A stretch of 64,000 nucleotides of DNA from Octopus sinensis (Eukaryota). The stretch spans positions 31,310,001-31,374,000 of the forward strand of contig NC_043012.1 in NCBI RefSeq assembly GCF_006345805.1, given 5' to 3'. The notes under the pieces were generated by a model. The model ran no database searches. It saw only the letters and a program-made list of their open reading frames with translations, and was not told the DNA's origin. Made by a program: the position numbers and the translations under genes. Positions 40,411-54,844 of this stretch are shown in pieces; within the stretch, counting starts at the first letter, position 1; each line of letters starts with the position of its first letter.

Positions 40411-40415
<5 letters not shown>
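40210..40415 (+). mobile_element. PLE-type terminal repeat P2
   Basis: Near-identical to 59859-60068; followed by (TA)n. Confidence 0.75.
40283..40317 (+). ncRNA. Minimal type I hammerhead variant
   Basis: GUUU-CUGACGA-A-GAGC(UCC)GCUC-GAAA-CGU-U-AAAC. Confidence 0.7.
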
Positions 40416-40459
<44 letters not shown>

Positions 40460-40559
40460 TATGTATATATGTATATATGTATAATGTATATATGTATAAG
40501 TGTATATATATATGTATAAGTGTATATATTTTACCCTTTATTTGTTTCAGGTGCGGATG

Positions 40560-40850
40560 TGAAGAGCTTTTAGTTGAATGAATCGACCTCAGTACTAGTT
40601 TGTTTTCTTTTTCTTTAATCTTGGCACTCATTTTATCGGTCTCATTTACCTAATCACTAAGTTACTGTTACGTAAACACACCAATACTAGTTGTCAAGCG
40701 ATGGTGGACACACACACACTTACCAAATCCACCCACAAAGGTTTCTTTTGGTCGGCCCGAGACTTTGGTAGAATATACTTGTCCAAGGTGCTACGCTGTG
40801 GAACTGAATCCAGGTCAATATCGCTTCTTATATCACAGCCGCGCCTGCAC
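40560..40850 (-). mobile_element. SINE family A, degenerate
   Basis: gtaaacacaccaatac...accaaatccacccacaaagg...caaggtgctacgctgtggaactgaa. Confidence 0.8.
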
Positions 40851-40911
40851 TTGCCGCGCTTGCGCCCGCCACGCCTGTACCTACATATATATGTATGTAT
40901 AGAAGCATATA

Positions 40912-41130
40912 TCTATTATAAAAAATCCATTCTGTCTGTGTGTGTGTGTGTGTGCGTTCCTTCTAGGATCGCGGGCATCCTCCATCCGATTGCACTGAAA
41001 TTTGATATGTAGATACCGACCGTATCAAGCCGTGTTTAAGTCTTGAAAAAATTTCAAAAATCGATTCCAGGTAAGAATGCGATCGATAAAGCCGTTTTTG
41101 TCCTGCTTTTCTTCCGTCAACCTGTACATA
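40912..41130 (+). mobile_element. Helitron-like 5' end
   Basis: A|TCTATTATAAAA start, tctgtctgtgtgtg run, ccatccgattgcactgaaatttgatatgtag; no CTAG 3' end found. Confidence 0.45.
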
Positions 41131-42137
41131 ACTGCACCTTCCATTTTTTGTTGTTTTTGTACTACTTAAAGGCACGTTTCTTTCCTGCCAAGCTTACTAT
41201 TTAAACCATGTTTGTGTTCTCCCAGTCAACAGCTTTATCATTACTGGTATTTTAACCTCTTCGGTTGCATATTTGTGTGAATAAAATCGTTTTTCTTTGA
41301 ATAGAAAAAAGTCTATCTTTATTTCTTCTATTGCTGGTGTCTCAAATTTAGGTTAAATCAGTGTTTCGCAAAGGGGAGGCCTATGGGACGGTCAGACAAG
41401 TTGTTTTGAAAGAAATTTGTTTAAATGTTTGACAACTCAGCACCGTCCATCGGACCGGGGGGGGGGCGTTTTGTTCGTACATTTATATACACGTATAAGC
41501 ATATGCAGGGCAAGCTTCTGCATAATCTTAGCCTACCAAACTTTACCCACGTGTGTTTGGTCAACCCAAAGGAATTGTAGAAAACACTTACTCAAGATGC
41601 TGTCACCTGAGTTCGAACACAGAATTACAAAGACACAATACAATTTCCTTAACCTGATAGCCACCTATCCGTGCATATTTCATGTCCATCTATTGTTAAC
41701 ATTCACCATCACCACCAGCAATGTTACCACCAAACTATATTAACATCGTTAACAACAGCGCTGCCATTATGATCAGCTGTTTCTTCATTCTCTCCTCATC
41801 ATAATCGTTTCCGAAGTTGTCGTCGTCGTCGTCGTAGTCATTGACGATAATTGCATTGTTGTCATCGTTTGGCCCGTTGTCTTCGTCATTAAATTATTCA
41901 CGAGATCCTGTTACAATGGAAGAGTTAACAACACACGCTCTCCCACTTCAATAAAGTCTGGTGACCTTAATGAACGCTTTCGTCACCATTATTACAATCT
42001 TTAATTCGGGATCGATAAAAATATACTTCCTAATCGTAGTGTGTCTTTTGTGTTGCAAAGAAGACAAAGCCTTAATGCCATGGTTTTATTATGATTTATT
42101 TTGTGCACCCTTAAAAAATAAGGATTACAAAAACCAC

Positions 42138-42486
42138 CATCACCATCACCATCACCATCACCACCACTACCACGACCACGACCACGACCGCCGCCGCCGC
42201 CACCGCCACCACGACCACGACCACGACCACCACAACCACGACCACGACTACGACCACCACGACAACGACCACCACGACCACGACGACGACGACCACCACC
42301 ACCACCACGACCACCGCCGCCGCCGCCGCCGCCACCACTACCACGACCACGACCACGACCACAACCACACCACCACCACCACCACCACCACCACGACCAC
42401 GACCACGACCACCGCCACCGCCGCCATCGCCACCACCACCACCACCACCACCACCACCACCACTACCACCACAACCACCACCACCA
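42138..42486. repeat. GC-rich mixed trinucleotide tract (CAC/CAT/GAC/CGC)
   Basis: Directly visible; source of the poly-H/D/R/T and poly-V/G ORFs. Confidence 0.95.
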
Positions 42487-42586
42487 GCACCTCTGTCCGC
42501 CTCCGAAATTGCTGACCTTGAACCAAAATTTGAAACCATTGTTATATTAAACCTTTGAAGTGAATGTATATATTAATCATTATGTA

Positions 42587-42651
<65 letters not shown>

Positions 42652-43004
42652 TGTGATACACGCAAACACACGGACTCACCCAAACATATGAACACAAACG
42701 CACACACGTACATACACATACTGTATTGTTAAAGTTGAATTCTTTTACTCCTATCGTCTTTCATACGAGCAAAATTGTTGTCCAATTCTCTTGAATATCG
42801 TTGAGTTCAGTGCTGCCGACGGCATATTGTAGAAGACCAGCTGTTCCTCTTTGTTTAAATCATGTTGATCAATTATGTTATATTTCGCTGCTGGCTTTGG
42901 TTTTGTGTTGGAATCTTGGTATTATTTTCACCCTGTTCTTTTAAGCTATGGGTTTTCATTTATATGCAGTAAATATTTGCTTTTCACTTAATCCAAAGTA
43001 AAGC

Positions 43005-43009
43005 GTTAC

Positions 43010-43090
<81 letters not shown>

Positions 43091-43144
43091 GTTATTATTA
43101 TTATGAAAACTCTCAGCTTATTATTATTATTATTATTATTTTAT

Positions 43145-43175
<31 letters not shown>
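43005..43175. repeat. (ATT)n/(GTT)n microsatellite
   Basis: Directly visible. Confidence 0.95.
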
Positions 43176-43176
<1 letters not shown>

Positions 43177-43639
43177 GATAAATAACCATAAATAATAACG
43201 AAAGCATTTATCTAACGTGTGTTTGATCTTTCAGCAGTTGATATCGAAATGGTAAATGCGCGTATCATTCAGGTGACACAATATCGTGATATCATTTCTC
43301 TTCCCCTATTTCTGAAGATATATCTTTTATTAGGAAATAACTTTCAAAGTTACCACCAGTCATATCATTGCAGCATTTTATCGTTTCCTAGATATTTACC
43401 CTCGCTCAACATTTTTGTAGTTTACACGCGATTTCCTGGTTGGTGTTGGGATTGGCCCCTCGAGGATCAATCCCTGTCAGGCTATGAATATTTTTTGTAA
43501 TCAGGATTAAGAACTATCTAGCGGTATCTAATTATATATTTCTTCTAGAGTGCAAGTTAAGCCAAACAATAGTCTTCTTTTGGTCACTTGCAAGGAAGAA
43601 GTTGATTTTCTTTTTAAAGTGGCTGTTTTTTTTATTATA

Positions 43640-43870
43640 TATGCGAGCTGGCAGAACCGTTAGCACGCCGGCGAAATGCGTAGCCGTATTTCGACTGCCG
43701 TTATGTTCCGAGTTCAAAATTCCGCCGAGGTCGACTTTGTCTTTTATCCTTTAGGGCTCGATAAAATTAAATACCAGGTACGCACTGGGGTCGATGTAAT
43801 CGACTTAATCCGTTTGTCTGTCCTTGTTTGTCACCTCTATGTTTAGCCCCTTGTGGGTAATAAAGAAATA
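43640..43870 (+). mobile_element. SINE family B
   Basis: gcgagctggcagaaccg...gtgggtaataaagaaata. Confidence 0.9.
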
Positions 43871-43934
43871 TATATAGGTGCATATATTCATGCGCGCGCG
43901 CACACACAAATACACACACAAACACAAATACAGC

Positions 43935-44085
43935 CGCAAGCGTGGGTGAGTAGTAAGAAGTTTGCTTCTCAACCACATGGTTCCGAGTTCAGTCCAACGG
44001 CGTGGGGTCTTGCGTAAGTGTCCTCTTTCTACTGTAACCTTGGGCAGACCAAATTCTTGTTAGATTTATCAGATGGATTTACCAA
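43935..44085 (+). mobile_element. SINE family A 5' half, degenerate
   Basis: aaccacatggttccgagttcagtcc...gtaagtgtcc. Confidence 0.7.
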
Positions 44086-44269
44086 CTGTTGAATAACCCA
44101 CCTACTGGAACTATAACTTATGACGAAAGACAACAAATATATACATCAAAACATTAAGAAAAGAAATACCAACCAGAATGAAAAACACCCGCTGCGGCCA
44201 CATCGTGGTAGTAGCAATGATAGTGATATAGCCACCACGGTAACAGCGTGTTGGCTATATCACTAAATC

Positions 44270-44688
44270 TAATGCTTATGCAGAGAAGAAACAAAATACC
44301 CGTTGATGAACCTTTGTATGAGTAAGAATCTTGCACTTCAATGCATCATATATACAAGGGAAGGACCGTACGTTTACATTGGAGCAACATCTGATTCATT
44401 CAAGAATCGTTATCACAATCATGTTGCCAGCTCCAAGAAAATCAACATTCGACATCTTTGACTGATTTTGTGTGGAGACTTAAGGAAAAGAAATCTAAAT
44501 ATGATCTAACTTGGTCCATAAAAAGGCATGCACAACCGTATAATATCCTTTCCAGGAGATGCAGACTCTGTTCCGAGGAATTCCCGACTATTTTCCGGAC
44601 CACTGAGATCATTAATAGGATTTCTGAAAGACTGTCAAGATGTTTAGATGCTTATAAATGCACTTTCGCACAATCTTTTCTTCTCTAG
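44270..44688 (+). pseudogene. Penelope-like element GIY-YIG endonuclease domain (frameshifted)
   Basis: CREETKYPLMNLCMSKN...VYIGATSDSFKNRYHNH../STSLTDFVWRLKEK...TWSIK..AQPYN...RCRLC..E...NR.SE.LSRC. Confidence 0.85.
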
Positions 44689-44885
44689 GCACAAGGCCCG
44701 AAATTTTGGGGGAGGGAGCCAGTCGATTAGATCAACCCCAGTGCACAACTGGTACTTAATTTATCGACTCCGAAAGGATGAAAGGCAAAGTCGACCTCAG
44801 CGGAATTTGAACTCAGAACGTAAAGACAGACGAAATACCGTTAAGCATTTCGCCCGGCGTTCAACGCTTCTGCCAGTTCGCCACC
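44689..44885 (-). mobile_element. SINE family B2
   Basis: ggcacaaggccc...cggaatttgaactcagaacg. Confidence 0.85.
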
Positions 44886-46487
44886 TTGATGGACTTTCGC
44901 ACGATGCAGTGAGAATGAATCTGAGAAATCGTTAACCAAACTAATAACCATAATTTCCGTTCAGGTATGGATGAATTAACTGCAACCTCGCTGTTCTTAT
45001 AAACACGAAGTATTTAATTCGCTGCGTGAGTGTAAGTGCGCCAAACCTCGCAGGGCGAATGCTGATATCTTCGTATAAGTTTGTACAAGCGTGTGCACTT
45101 GCGCTATACAACCCAAACGGGGGCGTTTATTCATACATATCTGCTAACGGTTATATTTAATACAGTTTTTAGCTGTATTCTGTATTCTTTATATATGTAT
45201 ATATGTATATATATACACACATGAGGATTTTACTGCTCTTTCATAATTCTTGTTCCAGGGCCGTATAACTATTAATCCTTGTGTCATTAAAACAATATAA
45301 GCCAAATAGTACAAGGAATATCATTTCACAAACGTGCAAAAAAATTTTTTAAATCACACTCACTCTCACATACACACCAATTCCTTTACTCACAAAATGT
45401 TCACACAATTGTAGACATTTCTTGAAACCATGTTATCAGCATTTAACAAGTTTAGAGTCCTATTATTCTTAAACCCACTTGTAACTAACTGCAGCATAGC
45501 ACCAGACCACTATATTCCTGCATTTGTCGATATTTGGGAATGTAAAATATAAAATATATAATTTTGGAAAGGAATTAAAATGTGAGCTAAATAGAGTGCT
45601 AATGCAGAGTTAAATCTTGATATTAACAACCTATCCTTACCAGATATAAATGTATTATGTAGAATAACTCTATATATCATGAAAGTATGTTGAAGAGATT
45701 TTTTACACTTAACGTGACTTCTGAATCTGATGACATTCCCTTTTATTAATTAAATTGCGAACGTTCAATAAAACGAACCCAAAATGTACATACAATCTCC
45801 CACAATCTCGTGTTTCAAATCTACCTAATAAATAATTAATATAGCCAAATAACCGTTATTGGATTTAGGACACACCTAATTTACCATCCGAATTAATTGA
45901 AAGCGTTGGACACACCTGATTAATATTTTCTGTATGCTCAAGGGCTTTTGCTTGTGAGAGAAATAATTTAAGAATTTTAATAATTCTTGTCAGTAAGCGA
46001 GAAAGGTGATTGTTTAATTTCTATACCTGCTCATACACACCTTGATAGATTTATGTCAGAAAGCAACAGCAATTAAAACGGAGTGAAAGTCGGTTTTATT
46101 AGAAACGTAAGGAGACTTTTAACAGAATGTTTCGACTTCCTAGAGAGCAATAACAATCGAATCGTTTAGTAACAAGAATCGAGTACCTCGATAGCCATAT
46201 AGCATTCATTAATCAATTGATCTTGAAACATACTCGTAGAAAGGAAAGTATGAATTTCTAAGAATTTACGAAAGTTCCTTATTCATCATTGCTAAAATTA
46301 AGTGACATCTTCAAGCTTCAAGCTTATGCAAACTTAAGAGTCGTACAAATGTACATAAACTGTGTTAATAGCTATCACCTGTATTACTAGTTATAATCCG
46401 TATTATTAGTTATAGAATACATATAAAGTAAAATGTTTTTCGTTGCATATAATATATTGTTATATTTTGTTGCATACAATATATCTA

Positions 46488-46712
46488 TTTATTTACTACC
46501 CACAAGGGGCTAAACACAGAGGGGACAAACAAGGACAGACAAACGGATTAAGTCGATTACATCGACCCCAGTACGTAACTGGTACTTAATTTATCGACCC
46601 CGAAAGGATGAAAGGTAAAGTCGATTTTGGCGGAATTTGAACTCAGAACATAACGGCAGACGAAATACCGCTAAGCATTTCGCCCGCGCGCTACCGTTTC
46701 TCCCAGCTTGCC
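46488..46712 (-). mobile_element. SINE family B
   Basis: tttactacccacaaggggctaaac...ggaatttgaactcagaac. Confidence 0.9.
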
Positions 46713-47589
46713 TACAATATATTGTATTGCATATAATATATCGGAGTGTTTATACCTTACATACATTGATAAACATGCAAACATAAATAAACTCATACAG
46801 ACACTCATACAGATATACACAACACACACAAATATACTAAAAGCAAGTTACAAAATCATAAAACAAGTCGATGTGTTGCATAAGTTTTTAAAGTTGTTGA
46901 TCTTTTAGGACGACCCTTGTGATACAAGAAGGATCATTATAATGTTATATCTTCAAAGTCTTTGAGTAGGAGTTTAAAACTTCGATATAGCTCTTAGGTA
47001 CCGTTAGAAGACTCAACTCTGTTGCACTTGATTAGGCTGAATCTCTTGTCTGAGAATAACATACTCTGCTCCTTCAATGAGTTTGGAAACGGCCATAGAT
47101 GTTATCCTTCGTTCCTTAACCAAGCCACATGAATATCAACCAAAATATTTCTGATTACTGGAAATTCTTAAATCTTTAATAAATATGGAACTCTTCGAAC
47201 TTCGTATCCTAAAGATATGTTCCTAAACATTCATTGTTAGTTAACAGTAAGAAAAAAAAAAGAATCAATCAGTGCAAAGATATGAGGAAACATTTCGAAG
47301 GGAAAAAAATGTCTTCTTGATAAACATGTGAATTAATGAACGTCTACTATCACCAAGAGGTTTAAGAATTTACTGAATTAGAGAAAATCACGAAAAGTAA
47401 TTTTATCATGTTCAGTAACAGAAGCAAAACCTCAGAATTTAAAATCAGTTTCAAAGTAAACACGAAAACAATCACGCTTAGTTCATTGAAACGTTAGTGA
47501 GACATAAATCCCAGTTGGAAACGTGACTTAAAAAGAGTTATAAGAATTGTTGAATGTATATTGCCAGTTATGATGTTACCATGTCCGTA

Positions 47590-47785
47590 TATAATATTGA
47601 TTTCGAATTTTAGCACGAGCCCAGTAGTTTCAAGGAAGGAGATGAGTTGATTACATCGACCCTATTACGCAACTGGTACTTATTTCATCGACCCCTAAAG
47701 GATGAAAGGCAAAGTCGAGCTCGGTGGAATTTGTACTCAGAATGAAAAGACGGATGAAATGCCTTAAGTATTTTGCCAGGCGTGC
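47590..47785 (-). mobile_element. SINE family B2, degenerate
   Basis: tttcgaattttagcacgag...gaaaggcaaagtcgagctcggtggaattt. Confidence 0.8.
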
Positions 47786-48128
47786 ATATAATATTGTATG
47801 GTATTGGGAAGACTGGATACCATAATATACTTGGTACTGATATATAAAAAATAAAAAAATAAATATTTACTTAAGCCAGTTGAAAAAGTTAGTAATATTC
47901 GAGTGACCTTTAAAGTAGTCACTCGGCATGCTAGAAATAGCAACAAAATTTCACTTACATCCTACCCTCTTAGAAATAGGAAGATACATCGAATAATGTA
48001 GCACTAAATGTAGGTTTTGAAAAGAAAACACTGGATAATCGCCATCATAAAATATACTGAGTGATAGTCGATCTCGGGCAAAATAGCAGCAGCAGCAGCA
48101 GTAGCAGCAGTAGTAGCAGCAGCAAAGG

Positions 48129-48166
<38 letters not shown>

Positions 48167-48553
48167 CCAGCAGCAGCAACTTCTATTGTGTCCTTTCACG
48201 AATGAGAATCTATGCGGTCGCTCGACGCGCTAGAAATAGCAGCCAAATTCCCTTCGAATCTCAGACTACTATCGTAAAATCTTGGAAGGCATTAGATGAC
48301 GTTAGTTATACATATCCTTAAAAAGACGAGCTGGTCACATCTGGAACGATTTGGTCATTTGTCTGATCGACAAGACTTAACCTGAGTGTAACAAGAACAA
48401 TGAAAACTACATCTCTAATCCTAACACCTCGTTCCGTTGCTACTCCTGCTGCTGCTGCTGCTACGATGACGACGAGTCCTCGCCTTGCTAGAAATAACGC
48501 CCAATACTGTCGAAAATCAAATCCTACTTAGAAAAGAGAAAAAGCGACACATA

Positions 48554-48968
48554 GGCGCAGGAGTGGCTGTGTGGTAAGTAGCTTGCTAACCAGCCACATG
48601 GTTCCGGGTTCAGTCCCACTGCGTGGCATCTTGGGCAAGTGTCTTCTACTATAGCCACGGGCCGACCAAAGCCTTGTGAGTGGATTTGGTAGACGGAAAC
48701 TGAAAGAAGGCTGAGGTATATATGTATATATATATATATGTATGTGTGTGTATATGTTTGTGTGTCTGTGTTTGTCCCTCTAGCATTGCTTGACAACCGA
48801 TGCTGGTGTGTTTACATCCCCGTCATTTAGTGGTTCGGCAAAAGAGACCGATAGAATAAGTACTGGGCTTATAAAGAATAAGTCCCGGGGTCGATTTGCT
48901 CGACTAAAGGCGGTGCTCCAGCATGGCCGCAGTCAAATGACTGAAACAAGTAAAAGAGAGAAAGAGAA
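48554..48968 (+). mobile_element. SINE family A, full length (about 415 bp)
   Basis: ggcgcaggagtggctgtgtgg (A box), gggttcagtccc (B box), ttgggcaagtgtctt CORE-like, internal TA/TG run, tail gactgaaacaagtaaaagag. Confidence 0.92.
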
Positions 48969-49428
48969 TTGCATAATGTAGGACTTGTTTAATGAAAGAA
49001 CTGATTTGGACAACTTCTGCTGTCTCAAAACTGACATAGAATTTGGTGTAGTAAAGATTACTTTGCATTACACAGCGTAACAATTTTCAAAAAAAAATTT
49101 GTTTATTGTATTTTTTTTTATTGTTTATCAATCCATGTTTTTCTGCTGATTTCGAAAATGAAATTATTTTTTTGTGCATCATCAACAGTTAAAAAAATAT
49201 GTCGACTTTCATTGTTATTTTATATATATATTCGGTATTGTTATAATGTTCCGCTACGAAATTTATATCTAATTTTCTCTTTCAGACTAATTACTAAGCT
49301 CGTCGCCTTACTCTAAAATGTAATATTAGATATAACGAATGTTTCAGTCACTGAGTCCTCTGTACTTCATCTGTAGTTTAGCTACATATTTTGCGTTGTC
49401 TATAAAAATATTTGAAAATATATTAATA

Positions 49429-49886
49429 CGAAGGTCGGCTGAAAAGTTCATAGGCTGACCAAGATACTCTCATGGAACGTGAACAAATGAGGTTTATTTT
49501 TCAACATAGTCTCCCTTGCGGCCCACACATTTCTTCCATTGGTGTTGTAGTGCATTGTTTCCATTTATGAAGAAGCTTCCATCCTGTTGGTCAAAACAGT
49601 CATCAACATCCGATATGATGTCATCACCACTACAGTGCTGGTTCCCAGCCAAATGTCTTTTCATGGGGAACAGATGAGAGTCAGATGAGTCAAATAAGGA
49701 GAATAGGGAGTTTGATTAATCAGTTCAAAGCTACAGTCATGCACAACAGCCATTGGAATCGAAGACTTGTGTGCTGGAGTATTGCCCTGATGAAACAAAA
49801 CCCTTTTGTCAGTTTTCCTGGCCATTTGGTCTTGATAGACTTTTGTAACTCCTTAGTCGGCCAACGAACTTCTCAGCTCATTCTCG
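49429..49886 (-). mobile_element. Internally deleted mariner derivative with both TIRs and TA flanks
   Basis: TA-cgaaggtcggctgaaaagttcataggctgac ... gtcggccaacgaacttctcagctcattctcg-TA; internal minus frames HQGNTPAH, PYSPYL, QHQWKKCVGRKGDYVEK*. Confidence 0.85.
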
Positions 49887-51014
49887 TACGTATGAGTTAA
49901 TTTTTGTCCAATCTTCGTAAAATCTTTTGTAGGTATCTGTAAAATTACATTGTCAGTGGACTTGTAAGGATTAGGTATTATTCTTTGCTCATGTGATTCA
50001 AAATAAGGAGCGAGTTACGTAGCCGGGTGAATCATCCGATAAAATACAAATATCTCCCCTATTGCTTGTTATCAATATGTTGTTTTAACAAGAATTCAAT
50101 TCTGTACATATACTTATTATAAACATGGTAAATTAAGACTAGCTCTTCTAATCTTTTGAAAACATGGTTCTCTGAATTTCGAAATAAACACCGCCATCAG
50201 GGCTACTTGCAACACCACAAAACTTCAGTTACAACAAGATAATCTTCCTCATGAGTAACAATATTAGCAGGAGTAGTAGCAGTAACACGGCAGAAACCAT
50301 CAACCACAATAAAAGCAACATGGAAGCTAACAAAACATAAACTATCAATAAAAACATAAAAAGCACAAAAAAGGAGAAAAAAGAAAAACGAAACAAAAAA
50401 ACAGACAAAATATGTCTCATAATTCGGAAGTAATTTTCAACTGAAATAATGGTTTCCTTTATATTCTCTTTTATGCATCGGTTTTGCTAAAGAAGAAAGC
50501 AAGATCACCTGTTGTATAATGAAATACGCATATTGTAATTATTCAAGTAAATAACTTGTTATTTTATTATTTTGTTTTAACCAATATTTGTTTGAGATCC
50601 AGCGGTGATTTTTTAAATAGAGTTAATGGCTTCTTCTAGAATTTGTGACGTCGTTTGAGTTAATGCATTGGATGATTATGCAAATATGAGTGTCTCTTCT
50701 TGTTAAGCCTATTCGATACATGCACACAGAAAACAAACGTAAATACATATTTATGCATACATCTACGTGTACTTCTTTGATATTGATGCTGTTGTTTACC
50801 CTAGGTAGACGCATATCTAGAAAACTTATGATGGAAAGTGTTCCAGCCGTGTCTATCCCACCTTTTTGTATGTTAATTACTACATTTTCCCAGTCTGTAT
50901 TCCTTTCCCTTTTCTCCAAAGTGTAGGGCGTGATTTGAGGAAAATTTAGATGCAAGTTTTGGCTGCGTTGAAGTCTTCTTGTTAGTTCGATACACATTGC
51001 CTATGCGATTATAA

Positions 51015-51700
51015 CTTACCTACCTACCAACCTCCCTACCTACCTACCTACCTACATACCCACTCACCTGCGTACGTACCAACGTACGTACGTACGTACG
51101 TACCTACGAGCCTACGAGCCTACGAATGTACGTACGTACCTAACTACCTACCTACCTACCTACCTAATACATACATACACACATACACACATGCATACAC
51201 ACACGCACACATACACACAGACATACACTTACATGCATACATTCATATACACATAAATATATGCATACATACGCACACATACATACACATAAAAACATAC
51301 ATACACATAAATAGATGCCTACACATACATGCATATACATAAACATGCACACATGCACACATACACACATACATACATACATATATACATACATACACAC
51401 ATGCACCCATGCACACATACACGCATACATATATATATACGTACATACCTACATACACATAAAAACATGTATACACATACATACATGCATTCACATACAT
51501 ATGCATACATAATGCATACATACATACACACACATACATGCCTACATAAACACACACCCATACAAACATAATACATACATGCGCATACATACATGCATGC
51601 ACATACACATGCATACGTACATGCATGCATGCATACACACATACACACACATACACATACATACATACACACGTACATAAATGCATACATACAGAAAGCG
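51015..51700. repeat. Compound (TACC)/(TACG)/(CATA)/(CA) microsatellite
   Basis: Directly visible. Confidence 0.95.
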
Positions 51701-52104
51701 AGCAGAACACATCACCCATCAATCCACAGATATTGGGCTGAAACCTAATCAAGCCAAACGTGGTAAAACGAAAAGAAATGTAATCTGCATAAAAAAATAA
51801 TAATAAAGAAAAAACAAAACATGGGTCGCTTAGCGACAAAGACATTACGGATAGTATGAGATTGTTATGGGAAGAAACACTGCAAAGAAAACATAATAGT
51901 CAGAACTGTCAGTCTCCAACTGTCCAAATCACTCACTTTACATTTAGAATTCCTATCTAGCGGATTTAGTCTCTGCAATTGATCGCAAGGACTTAGCGAG
52001 ATGGAAGTAAAAACTGCGAAACTACTCTGTTTTAATAAGATTTCAACTTCACTTGAAAGGTTTTTTTTTATCGTTTCTTTTATGATTTACTTGTTCCCGT
52101 AATT

Positions 52105-52413
52105 TCTCTGCGGCCATACTTGGGCAACGCCTTGAAGTTGAACAAATCCACTCCGGGACTAAGTTTCGAAGCCTCGTACTAATTCTATCAGTATCTTTTG
52201 CCGAACCACTAAGTTACGGGGATGTAAACACAACAGCACCGGTTGTCAAGTAGTGGTGGTGGTGGTGGGGAGGATAAACATAGATACAAAGAAACAAACA
52301 CACACACGCACACGCACACACACACACACACAAACACACACACAACACACACACATCTACATACACGACGGGTTTCTTTCAATTTCTGTCGACAAAATCT
52401 ACTCAGAAGGCTT
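52105..52413 (-). mobile_element. SINE family A lacking its 5' head
   Basis: cggccatacttgggcaacgcc...ggatgtaaacac...acgacgggtttctttcaatttc. Confidence 0.8.
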
Positions 52414-53271
52414 AAACGTGGATGTTCTGCTAAAACGAACTATGCTGCAGTGGTTACCGTATGAGTTCCCATATGGGCTTTTGATGCAAAATGCATTGTT
52501 TATATCGCTAGCGGGGAAATAAATTCCCTATTACTTTATTGCCCACAAGGGGCTAAACGTAGAGAGGACAAACAAGGACAGACAAACGGATTAAGCCGAT
52601 TACATCGACCCCAGTGCGTAACTGGTACTTAATTTATCGACCTCGAAAGGATGAAAGGCAAAGTCGACGGCAGACGAAATAATGCTAAGCATTTCGCCCG
52701 GCGTGCTAAGGTTTCTGCCAGCTCGCCGCCTTTAAATCCCCGCCACCTCAGCGACGAGACCGTCATATCACGTGATTTCGACCTTCCTTATTTTGTCAAT
52801 AATGGACGCTCGACCGCTAGAGATAGCAGCGATTCATCACCTCACCAGCGATATATAGAATATTAATAGGAGTATCCTAGATTTCGTTCCTTTTCAAGTC
52901 ATGATGTTATTTGCGCTTCACCTGTTGGACAGTGTGAGTTTCACAGTTTCTTGATTTAATCTGGACACTATGCTGGTAATATCTTAATATTTTCTCTTGG
53001 ACGTGGCTTACTGTTTAGAGTATTCGGCTGACGATCGTGAGGTTGTGAGTTCACTTTCCGAAGCGTCGTGTCCTTGAGCAAGACACTTTGTTTCCCGTTA
53101 CTCCAGCCCATCCAGCTGGCAAAAATTAGTATCTCTATTTCAAAGAACCAGCCTTCTCACATTCTGTGTCACGCTGAATATCCCTGAGAACTACGTTAAG
53201 GGTACACGTGTCTGTGGAGTGCTCAACCACTTGCACGTTGATTTCACTAGCAGGCTGCTCTGTTGATCGGA

Positions 53272-53307
<36 letters not shown>

Positions 53308-53318
53308 CACACACACAT

Positions 53319-53353
<35 letters not shown>

Positions 53354-54279
53354 CACACACATCTACATACACGACGGGTTTCTTTCAATTTCTGTCGACA
53401 AAATCTACTCAGAAGGCTTAAACGTGGATGTTCTGCTAAAACGAACTATGCTGCAGTGGTTACCGTATGAGTTCCCATATGGGCTTTTGATGCAAAATGC
53501 ATTGTTTATATCGCTAGCGGGGAAATAAATTCCCTATTACTTTATTGCCCACAAGGGGCTAAACGTAGAGAGGACAAACAAGGACAGACAAACGGATTAA
53601 GCCGATTACATCGACCCCAGTGCGTAACTGGTACTTAATTTATCGACCTCGAAAGGATGAAAGGCAAAGTCGACGGCAGACGAAATAATGCTAAGCATTT
53701 CGCCCGGCGTGTTAAGGTTTCTGCCAGCTCGCCGCCTTTAAATCCCCGCCACCTCAGCGACGAGACCGTCATATCACGTGATTTCGACCTTCCTTATTTT
53801 GTCAATAATGGACGCTCGACCGCTAGAGATAGCAGCGATTCATCACCTCACCAGCGATATATAGAATATTAATAGGAGTATCCTAGATTTCGTTCCTTTT
53901 CAAGTCATGATGTTATTTGCGCTTCACCTGTTGGACAGTGTGAGTTTCAGAGTTTCTTGATTTAATCTGGACACTATGATGGTCATATCTTAATATTTTC
54001 TCTTGGACGTGGCTTACTGTTTAGAGTATTCGGCTGACGATCGTGAGGTTGTGAGTTCACTTTCCGAAGCGTCGTGTCCTTGAGCAAGACACTTTGTTTC
54101 CCGTTACTCCAGCCCATCCAGCTGGCAAAAATTAGTATCTCTATTTCAAAGAACCAGCCTTCTCACATTCTGTGTCACGCTGAATATCCCTGAGAACTAC
54201 GTTAAGGGTACACGTGTCTGTGGAGTGCTCAACCACTTGCACGTTGATTTCACTAGCAGGCTGCTCTGTTGATCGGATC
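52354..54279 (+). repeat. Tandem duplication, 1006-bp period x2, joined at (CA)n; each unit contains an internally deleted SINE B (-) and a SINE C' (+)
   Basis: 52354 aligns to 53360 and 53273 to 54279; about 4 substitutions seen. Confidence 0.95.
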
Positions 54280-54305
54280 ACACACACACACACACACACA
54301 CCACA

Positions 54306-54352
<47 letters not shown>

Positions 54353-54558
54353 AGTATATACATCATACGGATTTTATAAACATTAAGAAACACTTGAAAT
54401 AGTTCTTCTTTGGTAGAGTGGATCTCGAAGCACATAAACCCATATATAATAGGACTGCATTCAAAATTTTCTATCCTAAAAGGTTATTCAACCCAATATT
54501 TACATTTTTATTACTTATAGCTTTATGTGCATCCAGATCCACTGTTTCGAAAGATATA

Positions 54559-54642
<84 letters not shown>

Positions 54643-54647
<5 letters not shown>

Positions 54648-54830
54648 ATTAGGGCTTAGTAAAATAAATTACTTAGCCACATACTGAACTTTCTAGAAAT
54701 AGCAGCCTAAAAAAGTTTTTAGCTATTTCCACTACTTAAAGAAAATTTCTCTCAGATAATGTTTACTCAAAATAACTCACGAAGGTATGGGGGTAAAAAC
54801 AGAAAAATATCAAAAGTACAAAGATTATTA
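54643..54830 (+). mobile_element. Repeat family E fragment between (TA)n runs
   Basis: Reverse complement of 9410-9590. Confidence 0.8.
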
Positions 54831-54844
54831 TATATATATATATA

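Noticed and set aside
41961-42539. His/Asp/Arg/Thr-rich 184-aa ORF as a metal-binding or low-complexity protein
   Set aside because: It is a mixed trinucleotide tract ending in a SINE B2 tail; no splice or homology support
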